Made by a program: the position numbers and the translations under genes | The notes under the pieces: model-generated | What the model was told of the DNA's origin: nothing | The model's database searches: none | The model's input: only the letters and a program-made list of their open reading frames with translations | NCBI RefSeq assembly: GCF_004010195.1 | Contig: NC_057719.1 | Location: forward strand, 28,629,153-28,692,026 | Reading direction: 5' to 3' | From: Chiloscyllium plagiosum | Taxonomy: Eukaryota | Length of the DNA: 62,874 bases | Shown here: piece after piece, positions 51,790 through 62,874 of the stretch | How positions within the stretch are numbered: position 1 is the first letter of the stretch | How the letters are laid out: each line of letters starts with the position of its first letter

Positions 51790-54700
51790 TAGAGCTTTTG
51801 TGCACCCAGTACTTGTTTTCTAGGCTTTCTAAGCCTGGTGTTTGAACATGCAAAGTTTAGGTCCCAGATATTATTAGAAGTAGCCTCTTATATACCATAG
51901 TGTACTGCTGGGAACAGCATATCTGCATGTTAACATTTTTATCTACCCTCTCTTTTACTTTTAATACCTTGAAGACTTCAATCAGGTCACCCTTCAACTT
52001 TCTAAATTCTAGAGAAAACAGGTCTAGTTTTCTCTAGAATTTCCTTATAACTTGACAGAAGTCCAGATATCATTTTTGCAAACCCACTGTACTCCACGGA
52101 GAAAGGAGGACTGAAGATGTTGGAGAGTCAGAGTTAAAATGTGTGGCGCTGGAAAAGCACAGCAAGTCAGGCAGCATCCGAGGAGCAGGAGAGTTGACGT
52201 TTTGGGCATAAGCCCATCATCAACAACGAGGGGTGCAGGGGAGGAAGGAAGATAGCTGGGAAGGCAATAGGTAGGTGAAGGTGGGGGGATGGTGATTGTG
52301 ATAGGTCGGTGGGGAGGGTTCAGCAGATAGGTAGGAAGGAAGATGGGCAAGTAGGACAGGTCAAGAGGGTGGTGTTGAGTTGGAGGGTTGGATCTGGGAT
52401 GAGGTGGGGGAGGGGAGGTTTGGAAACTAGTGAAGTCAATGTTGACGCCATGCAGTTGAGGTGTCCCAAGGCGGAAGATATGGGGTTCTTTCTCCAGTCA
52501 CTGGGTGGCTTGGATTTGGCAGTGGAGGTAGCCCAGGACTTGCATACCCTTGATGGAGTAGGAGAGGAGAGTTCAAATGGTTGGCCAAAGGGCAGTGGAG
52601 TTGTTTAGTGTGTGCGTTCCAGAGATATTTCCTGAAATGCTCCGTGAGTTGGCATCCTGTCTCTCCAATGTAGAGGCGACCACATCGAGAGCAACAGACA
52701 GAGTAGATGAGATGGGTGGATGTGGAGGAAAATCTCTGCCAGATGTGAAAAGATCCTTTGGGGCCTTCAATAGGGGTGATGGGGGAGGTGTGGGCACAAG
52801 GCCAATATAACCTTCCAAAGATATGGTGCCCAAATCTGCTCACAGTTCTCCAGGTGGGGTCTAACCACAGTTTTGCACAGCTGTAGCCTACTCTGTATCC
52901 TTGTAATCCTGTCCTCTACATAAATAGGTCAACATTCCATTAGCCTCCTTGATTATTTTCTGTACTGGTCTGTAGCATTTCAAAGACCTTTGCACTTGAA
53001 CCCCCAAGTCTCTTTGGACATCCACTGTATTTAACCTCATACCATCTATGAAATACTCTGATCTATCCATTTTTGGTCTAAAATAGATAACTTCATGCTT
53101 ATTTACATTGAAATCCATCGAGAATTTTGCTCATTCAATTAGTCTATCAATATCCCTTTATAATTCCATGCTATCATCTACAATGTCTTTTCTTTGTACC
53201 ATCAGAAAATTTGGATATGTGACTTTCTATGTTATATACAAGTCATTAATAAATAATGTAAATAATTGAGGGCCTAACACAGATAATTGTTGAACACCAC
53301 TGGAAGCAATCTGCCAATTCGAATATCTACCCATTATCCCTACTTCCTCCCCGTACCAGTCAACCAGTCTTCCAGCCTTGTCAGTAATGTATCCTCAAAG
53401 CTGTGGTCTTTCACCTTAGTTAACAGTCCCTAATGTGGGACTTCATCAAATGTCTTCTCTAAGTCCAAATGAACTACATCTATAGAGATTCCCCTGCCCA
53501 TTACCTTAATCACATTTTCAAAAAATTCAGTGAGGTTTATCATGACCTCCCTGTCATAAATCCATGCTGGTTTGCTCTGATTAACAGAAAATTTAAGATT
53601 TTTTTTAAAAACTCCATCCTAGATTATAAACTCCAACAAATTCCCCACCAGAGTTAGGCTACCTGGTCTGTAATTCCACAGTATTCCTCTTCCACCCTTC
53701 TTAAATTTTCCAATACAGAGGGACAACTCTTGTACTCAGGAATATCTGAAAGATTATAGTTAGGGCATATACAATGTGCTCCCCTACTTCTTTAACATCC
53801 TTAGATGGAAACCATCAGACCTTGGGAGCCTGCTGCTCTTTACTTCCATTAATTGCCTCATTACTGATGCTTTACTTACATTCATTTAATTCAGTCCTTG
53901 TCCACGACCCACTATTAATTTCCTCGGGGCTTCCAGAAAGCTATCCTCCTTTCTTACTGTAAGTACTGAAGTAATTATTCAGCATAACTGTCATTTCCCG
54001 GGAGTCATTGGCAATACCTCCACTTTCAGTTTTCAGTACATCATCGGCATTGCTGCTGACAATAGCTTTCCCTTTATGTAACTGCAAAATTTCTTATTGA
54101 TTTTGATTTCCCTGCAAGTTTCCTTTCAAAATCCCTTTTAGTTATTACAAGATAATTTGCTTGTCTTTGTATCTGTCCCATTCAGCAGGATGTGTTCTGT
54201 TTTTACTTTTTTGTAAGCCATTTGGTTTAGTTTTATGCTGTCTCTTTTATGTTTAGTTGTGCATGGCTGTTTCTTTTTCTGTGAAGCAGAGCTTTTTGCT
54301 CTCAGGGGCATACGCTGGTTCTTTTGCAGGTTTAATGTTTCTTTAAACATCCTGCACAGTTTTTCAGTTATTTCAGATGTTAGCAGATTACCCAGTTTAC
54401 TGTGGATACTGTCACACCTTACTAAAGACAACTTTACATAAATCTATAATTATATTTGTGATTTTCACTTTCAAATGCAACAGTGAATAAATGCTATGAT
54501 CACTATTCAATAAATGCTCACATATAATTAGATTAATAATTAAACTCAGCTCATTATTCAATCCAATATTGCTTGCCACCTTGTTGCATCCAGGACATAT
54601 TAACTGTTTTAAACTATTCTGGAAATGTTGCAGAAATCTACTACCTTTCTGACAGTTGCATGCCTGTCCTTTCAAATCTATGATAAAGTTAAAACTCTCC

Positions 54701-55330
54701 ATTGATACTACTCTGCCTTTATACACACTTGCCTAATTTCTGTAATTATATGATCTAACACTTCAGCGCTGCTACCAGGGAGTCTATCTACAACACCTTT
54801 TACAGTTTTAGATCCATTACTCTTTTTCAGTTCTACTCATAAGGTCACCGCTGGATGCTTTCCCCTCACTATACCACCACTGACATGATTTTGTTGTTAA
54901 TCACTGAGACTACTCAACCCTTCTGCCATTTTCCCTTCCCATCCTGTAAATCGTATAACTTGGTATATTTAGTCCCCAGTCCTGACCATCCTCAGCCGTG
55001 CCTCACTAACAGGTACTATATCATAATTATGAAAGTGAGTTTATGCCTGCAGCTCATTTAATTTATTACTTAAACTACATGCATTTGTATACAGAACTCT
55101 TACTTGGGCCAAACAATCTAGCCTGTCCCTCAGTAGTGATGCTTTATTCACCTGTTTATTATTTCAATCTTCTGGTTTCTTCAATATACTTCTTACAATT
55201 TTGCCATTATCTGTCATACCTGAAATAGGTTTCTTGACTGTTTCTGTCCACTCTGTCCATTTATTTGTTTTTGCAACTGTACTGACTTCCCAGCCAGTTG
55301 AAGGCCTTCTGCAGGTTTAGCAGCTGGGAA
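51790..55330 (-). mobile_element. Old long CR1 LINE remnant interrupted by a PLE
   Basis: MDFNVNKHEVIYF..QRDLGVQV; co-linear similarity to other CR1 RT and endonuclease copies. Confidence 0.75.
52098..52800 (-). mobile_element. Penelope-like element 3' part with GIY-YIG endonuclease remnant and family A pLTR
   Basis: GPKGSFHIWQRFSSTSTHLIYSVCCSRCGRLYIGETG...PLANHLNSP; pLTR 52098-52222 homologous to 27574-27794. Confidence 0.9.
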
Positions 55331-58300
55331 GAGCTGGAAGCCCTGCCCATGTGAAATGTTAGCAAGTCAGATGTTGGCAGCTCTTTTGCTCAACAATGCC
55401 ACTAGAGATGCTAGTGGCTCTATTAGAATGACAACCACTGATTGTCATTCAATATCCTATTGCAAACAAGACAAAAACATTTGATGACAGGAAGGGTTTT
55501 GCAGGGTAGATGCTAGACGGAAATTGTGCCAGGGCATTAGCAGCAAGGCCAAGGAAGTGGTACTCAGTGGCCACTTCCCTCAACTCCCTGCCCCATGGTA
55601 GGTCCCTTGATAAAGTAAGAAGTGCCTTTGAGTAGCCTCCTCCAACCCAGGAATCTTCAAGGAACCCATTAAGATTCAGGTCCAACCCAACTGAGTTACT
55701 TCTAATGGTATTTGGAAACAATTGTTAACATAAGGGGATCACTGGGTAGCAGGGCAAGAGGGCAGTCGATGGGTCTTCCCGCCACTAACCCATCCAGTTA
55801 AATACTATCCTTATGCTAAACTTGTAACAGCAGAGAGTGTAAAATTCCAACCAAAAAATCAGTTCAAATTTTTAAATTCAATCATATCAAATACAACCAC
55901 AAAGCACTATATATTTTAATGTACTACATACTGTATGCAATTCCCAAAGTATGCATACTCCATTGCCTCTAGGCTTTTATGAAACTGTCAGAAGTAAACA
56001 GCCAATACTGCAACGAGTAACTCACCTCCTAACTCCCCAAAGCCTGCCCACCGTCTATAAGGCATAACTCAGGAGTGTGATGAATATTTCCCACTGGCCT
56101 GGATGTGTGCAGCTCCAGCAACACTCAAGAAGCTTGACAGTATCCAGGACAAAACTGAGGTCCAAGTTCTGATCCCTGAAGTACCCCACTAGTCACTGGC
56201 TGTCACTTGGAAAATGACCCGTTTCTTCCTACTCTTTATTCCTGACCTGAATGAAATCAGTTCTGTCATAGCACATGATAACATAAGCAAGCTCACACTA
56301 ATAAAACACATTAATGTAAGTTTGCAGGAGTGTCTGCATAATTTTTAACAAACCTATAAGCTAGTGCTCAATGTAAGTATCAAAAACCTCAGCAGCTTAA
56401 AAAAGATGTAAGGGTTTATTTAAAATCTGGTTCAATCATTACCATTTTTACCAAGAAAAATTAATCTTTCATGAGAAAGTTCTGATTTATATATTATGAT
56501 AAGGAGAATACTGAAATCGACAAAATTAAAAACAGTTTTTAGTCATTCCTGTATACACTGGCAAACTGTTAGACATAAAAATCAGTCTGTTAAAATGGAA
56601 CGCTTGTTACTCACTGAGCAGACAACATAAAAGGTCTCTATTGCCATGCAGGAAATAACTAAGGCCCCACAGAGTAAATTTGAGAATTTTCAGGTGCTGA
56701 TTTATGGCTAGTATGTTAAAGACTACTGCACTTTTATTAGTGAGTTTGCTACACCACCAAACTGAAACAAAAATTGAACTACTCATTGGGACAAAGTGTA
56801 CACAAAGTTTCTCTTTTAGTTGCACAAAACTACACCTGCAATTCTTACTAACTTCTGCATCTCACTGAAAAAACACCTAATGATTATATATGATAATAGC
56901 TAAGGTGCTAAAGACTAATGAAGTCCAGCATGAAAAACACAATGTTAACTCTGAGGAAAAATTTCATCTGCACACCTGCTGCTCTGTCACTCTGTACAGG
57001 AAACCATTTCAGCTCCACATCATAAAGTGGCATAACTCTACTTATTAAAGCATTAATCATGTTCTGCTATATCCTGACCAACTGCCAAAATTTACTGTTA
57101 CATCACAAAAGAAATCTATTAAGCAAAACTCGATTTTAACATTTTACAGAAACTTACTCAAAGTTCAGTTGTATTGTCTACTCTATACATCTATTTTCTG
57201 TACTAGTCATTCATTTAAAATGAAAGGATTAACAATGCACTGCTTTAAATGGCATTTTACAGTATAATTGATAATTTGGAAATCTTGGATTTGCTTAGTC
57301 GCTTCACAAAACTCATGCCAACCAAGAACAAAATTAGTACTAAATTTTGTAGCACAGAAAATTACTTATATTAGTTACGTTTTACTTAATGAACAACTAT
57401 AATTTTAAACGGTATAAACTTGTCAGCACGCACAGCCGATGGCAAAGTTTTTTTATACGAAATACTTTCTTTCGCAGAACATCTCAAAATAATTAGTGTT
57501 CGTATCCTATATGCAGAACCAAAGTAATAATACATTTGTTAAAAAGTTGAATTGTAAAAATTGTAAACCAAAAACAGATAGGACAAATAAAGTAAACTAT
57601 AAGGCAGCAAAATTCTGAAATATTTCATTCTAGAAGTGGTTATACCAGCCAGTAGCAAGTTTCCTTACAATTCCCATCTCAAGTGCACCTTGAGATTTTT
57701 AGTGACTATTTTCCCCTTGACAGACATCAACCACTATGTGAAGGAACTGGACAGAAAAAATGATGGAGAGGATTGCCCACAATAGATAAAGAAACAGACA
57801 GTAACAAAAAGGCAGGTTTAAGAAGAGATAAGTAGAAGATGCTAGAGGGATAAAAGAGAAACCACATAATCAGCAAAAAGATAAAACTGATGAGAGCAAC
57901 CATATTCTCTGATTTACCATGTTTAATGCCATTGGTGATGAATGGTAAAAAGAATGACAACTGAGTTAAAAGGAACTCTTAAGTTGCTAAATTCAGAAGG
58001 CAGTAACATTTAAGATGTGGCCAACGGAGTTTCTAAACCAACTAGCTTCAGATGATGAAAGTTATTGTGGACGTTTCAGTCACTGATCATCTGGTTAAAA
58101 TTACTTGATTCTCATGAGATCAGGAGTTGTTGTTGCCTGGTAACCTGATATGATTCTGCTTTCACTATGAAGACAGCCATGAGATGTGAAGATGCACAGT
58201 TGACTATAAAATGCTCTGAAACTGCTACAATGATTATCACAACTGTAAGTTTTTTTTTGTAAGTGATCTAGGAAGCACAACATGTTCACCGTTTGGTTTT

Positions 58301-60784
58301 TAAAGACAAGGCCAGATACAAACAATTAGGTTAGTTAAACTTCAACAGATATAATAATATTGACTTTATTCAACCAATCTTTGTTTTTTCATATTTGTAC
58401 AAAATAATGAAGACATTATATCTCCCTAAATCGGTGGATCATCATGATTCATTTAAAAAATTACTAATCACTATTCTGCATTCTAAACTTCTCAATCTCG
58501 TAAATGCAGTGTCCTCAAAGACGCTAACATATTGGAGAGAATACCAAGAATTCCAAGAGGATGATTTCTCAGATTCTAAATCTGAAAAGTTGATTTAATT
58601 GAATAAGTACACTGAGAGTATTTCCATTGAAGTACTGATAGGAGCACATGCTACTATAATAGTTAATACTTATCCATGGCCTTTGACAGAAATATATTGC
58701 TCAAACCCTTTTCAAATAAGTACAAAGAAAAGGAATGGTAATCTAGGAAGAAGTGATCAAGTTGAGTCATAGAGATGTACCGCATGGAAACAGACCCTTC
58801 TGTCCAACTTGTCCATGCCAAAAGCTGAGAACTTAAGGCAGGGAAGTCTCAGGCAGCTAAGTATTATGATGCCAATAGTGGGGTATCATGAAATTAATGT
58901 AACAGGCCAGAATCAGAGAGTTGATTATTCAGGAAAGGTTGCATGGCTGGAAAAGACTATTAAGCACAGATGGTTCAAAGCAACGAAGAGAAGTGCTGAT
59001 GAGAAGCATTTTAAGAGCTTCAGTAAGCAAACAGGGCATGGGCAAATGGTAAATCAACAAATGGAAATTTATGTAATCAAGATGTCATGGCAAACGTTTC
59101 AGCATGCTGGAGTTTAGAGGTGTGTCAGAATGGGAAACCAGCAAGAAAGAGATGTACAATCTGGAGGGTATCAATATACGATAGTCACCAAAACACCCAA
59201 TGAAGAATGCAGATCAAACCTCTTTTCCTAAAGAGCAGCAAGTGTGTGGAATTCTCCACCAGAATGTGACTTGTACAAATACATTTAAGGGAAAGCTAGA
59301 CAAACATATAACAGGGAAAGGAATAATTTATTATGATGGTAGCATTAAATGAGGAAAAATGAGACAAGGCTCAAAAGGAATATATTTGTTGGTACAGATT
59401 AACTGTGTCAAATTGCCTATTTCTGTACCACATTTCCAATGTAATCCTATGTCCTGAACAAGATTATATTGCAAGGGAATAACAGTAATGTGAAATTAAG
59501 CAATTTCTCCATCTACACCAGTTGTCATATTCTCATGAGCATTTTGAAGAGACTAAACAATATCGGTATGCTGTGTATAGTGATGATAAAAGGCTGTTTG
59601 AAAACTTGTACAGTTCAAACACTTAATTTCTATAGTTATGTGTTTTTAAAATTAGGTTAACATGATGCAAGCCTAAGTTATTGCCTCAATTGCGTATTGG
59701 AGGACTTTTTCTGTCATCGCCTGCATTATAGGGTGGCACAATTGCGTTGATGTAAATTTATACTGTGAAATCTTGATAAACCTTTTGAGGAGGAGGAATA
59801 CCGTGATGTTGCGCATTGTGAACTGAGCATTCTATTAAAATGATACATGTTCTATCTTTAATCCAGTACCTAACATAGTAGCACTTCCTGTCAGGCCTGG
59901 ATGGACTATAAATGCATTCCTTGTCAGTGATGCCCACTTCCCACAAATAACAAAGAAAATTCCCTCTATCCTAGATATTGATCATCAATGAAGGGTTGTG
60001 AGCAGGTTTTCTGACAATCGTACTGGTAGCAAAAACCAAAGATCAAAATAATGAAAAATATTGGATAACATACTCCGATAGAAATAAATCTGAACTATTC
60101 AAAGAGAACCCTGCTAAACATATTGCAGCTTAACTTTAGGTAATATATTCTTTTAGCAGCAACTATCCATTCTTTACCATTAAAGGGAGGTTTAAGTTAT
60201 TTTTCATTTATGAAGTCCACAAACAATGAATACCATATGAATTACAAGGCAGCTCAATTTCAATGAGTTTGTTACAGAAATAGACTATTTACTGGTTTCA
60301 CAATGCTTAATCACTAGGATCATCCAACAAACATATTGCCAGTTTCTCCTCTTTTTTTAAAAAAAGCTTAGCCATAAAGAAAGAGAAGATTACTTCTGGT
60401 TTCATGATAAATGAAGAAATTCAATTAAAAAACCATTCATGGAAAATTTCAGGATACAAGAGAACCAAAGTAGGAACAGGGGCCATGAAGTAAACATGTC
60501 AGAATAATCAAAAGGACTAATATTTTAAAGGTTTATCAGTAAAGGAGAATTGTAGAAAGTAAGTTAGGACCACTGGCAATGGATAATTGTTAATTAGTAA
60601 ATAATCAGAAAAATGATTATGGCACTTAAGTACTTGTCATCAGTCATCACCAAAAGAAGGGCACAAGAGAAGAGAAAAAGGAAAATTAAAAATATGATAA
60701 ACAAAGATAAAGTATATAGTTTGCATGCAAAGATTCTGAGGAAGATGAGGAAGAGAACTGCAGAGACACCAGAAAAATATTTAA

Positions 60785-61408
60785 GGATTGCCTTCATTGC
60801 CATTAAGCATTTGAGTTGGAATATCATTTTGTGGTTGTACAGGACATTGGTGAGACCACTTTTGGAGTACTGGATACAGTTCTGATTACCCTGCTATAGG
60901 AAGGATATTATTAAACTGGAGAGAGTTCAGAAAAGATTTACCAAACTGTTGCTGGGACTGGAGGGCTTGAGTTATAAGGATAGGGTGGATAGGCCAGGAC
61001 ATTTTTCACTGGAGCGCAAGAGGTTGAGGGGTGACATTACACAGGTTTATAAAATCATGAGTAGCATGGATAAGGTGCATAGCAAAGGTCTTTCCCTCGG
61101 ATAAGGGAGTTAAAACTAGGGGGCATATTTTTAAGGTGGGAGGAGAAAGATTTAAAAGGGACTTGAGGGACAACTTTTTCACACAGAGCATAATTTACAT
61201 GTGGAATAACCCGCCAGAGAAAGTGGTAGATGCAAATACAGTTACAACGTTTAAAAGACATTTGGATAGGTGCATATTAGAAAAGATTTAGAGGGATATG
61301 GGCCAAATGCAGGCAAGTGGGGCTTGTTTAGTATGGGAAACTTGATCAGCATGGACGAGTTGGATCAAAGCTTCTGTTTCTAAGTTGTAAGACTATGAGT
61401 CTATGATT
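60785..61408 (+). mobile_element. CR1 LINE 3' fragment
   Basis: LYRTLVRPLLEYWIQF, aaaactagggggcat (TRGH), ctatgagtctatga tail. Confidence 0.9.
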
Positions 61409-62591
61409 GCATTATGGCAAACCAGAGCATGACCAATTTCTGCTAATTTAAAAAAAATGGAGATAGATCATTCAGGTAATTAAAGGGAATTAGCTTAACG
61501 CTAATGATAACAAATATATGAGAGAGGATGATTGAGAATGATGCCTGCTCTGATGAAAAGCAAACAAAGACTTTCAGTAAACAGAGCTCTTTTCATTTGA
61601 ACAATGCAGACTATAAGAAGGCACAACAAGTTATGAAAGAACACAGGAACATATCGCTCAAAATCAAACATACTTTTCAACATCACATAACATTTTTATT
61701 TGTAAAATTGAACCTCAACTATTAAAGCAGTGTGAGCATAGTTTCAAAATAACATTGGGAAGATAGCATGATTTTTTGAGAGGGCACAGGGATATTCACC
61801 AGAATTATTCTAGAAATAGGGAGAGTCAGTATATGAAGAGTAATTAGAGAAGTTAAAGGGAAGAGTTAAAATTGATGAGGGCTTTATTAGAGTGGAGTAA
61901 ACAATGTCAGTATCAAAAAATATATCAGATATCACATTGGCTTTCAGCTCTTAGCTCTGACATTACTTCTGGGATTAAAACAGAAAGGAACATAAAACAT
62001 AATAATTCCCCTCAGTTTGTTTGAGGTGGGCTGTCGACTGACAAAACAACGTGTTAGACAGCAATGCACTAGTGATTCAATAGTAGATCTCCGGGAATAT
62101 CACGTATCAACATAAACATGCAATGGTGCAGCACCTGCACAAGATGCTTTAAAGTGCTCTATGATGGAGAAATACATACATGGATTCAAGAAAGAACAAA
62201 AGAAAATATAAGGGAAGAGAATATAAGGGTAGAGCATTGCTTGAGAGACAGGCAATAAGGAGATTTTTAAAAGTAGGGAGACGAAGTGAAAGGAGCCAGA
62301 GAAGCAATTTTAGAGGACTGGAAAGTGATAGCTGAAAAAGCAAACAACAATTTTCAAACAAAGCAGCAAGAATGAAAATAAACTTCACATTGGATGAACA
62401 AATAATAATGTGGAATGGAAATCAGAAGATCATTTTTCTAGTTTGAGATTTCCAGATAATTTGGAAATGTGGATACAAGTTTTAAGATCAACAGTTTCTG
62501 GTCACAGGAAATAAATAGAGCTTAAAGATGATTGGTGGATCAGGAGCGTTGAAACTAATACAAGCAAGGACAAAAACAATGCATTTTGGAT

Positions 62592-62874
62592 TAGAGTCAT
62601 AGGGATGTACAGCATGGAAACAGACCCTTCGGTCCAAGTCGTCCATGTAAACCAGATATCCCAACCCACCTGCCAGCACCCGGCCCATATCCCTCCAAAC
62701 CCTTCCTATTCATATACCCATCCAATTGCCTCTTAAATGTTGCAATTGTACCAGCCTCCACCACATCCTCTGGCAGCTCATTCCATACACATACCACCCT
62801 CTGCGTGAAAAGGTTGCCCCATAGATCTCTTTTATATCTTTCCCCTCTCACCCTAAACCTATGCCCTCTAGTTC
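62592..62874 (-). mobile_element. HER1/CR1 LINE 3' fragment, truncated by the window end
   Basis: RGERYKRDLWGNLFTQRVVCVWNELPE; agagtcatag tail. Confidence 0.93.

Noticed and set aside
60613..60885. Lysine-rich 90-aa ORF
   Set aside because: A-rich low-complexity sequence running into a CR1 fragment.

Overview
Repeat-rich eukaryotic DNA from a cartilaginous fish, most likely a shark, judged from HE1-type V-SINEs, HER1/CR1-type LINEs and DeuSINE-type elements. It is intronic or intergenic, and no host protein-coding gene can be confidently identified. Almost every long ORF in the track is a decayed piece of a retrotransposon: many CR1 LINEs (one near full length with zinc-finger/esterase ORF1 and APE-RT ORF2), Rex1/Babar-like, L2-like and RTE-like LINEs, a Ty3/Gypsy gag-pol relic, Penelope-like elements (PLEs), several tRNA-derived SINE families, and a TA-flanked Tc1/mariner-type MITE family. 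The most notable items are: (1) a 2.0-kb L1-type element with an 11-bp TSD, an intact YY1-like 5' end and ORF1 only, with no ORF2 and no poly(A) (HAL1-like); (2) several short PLE insertions with TSDs that form long palindromes and carry minimal hammerhead ribozyme cores, from at least two families; (3) templated inverted copies of flanking DNA at insertion junctions; (4) multi-level nested insertions; (5) a few unverified candidate microexons or terminal exons in the unique sequence. Family names come from motif recognition only; no database search was run.
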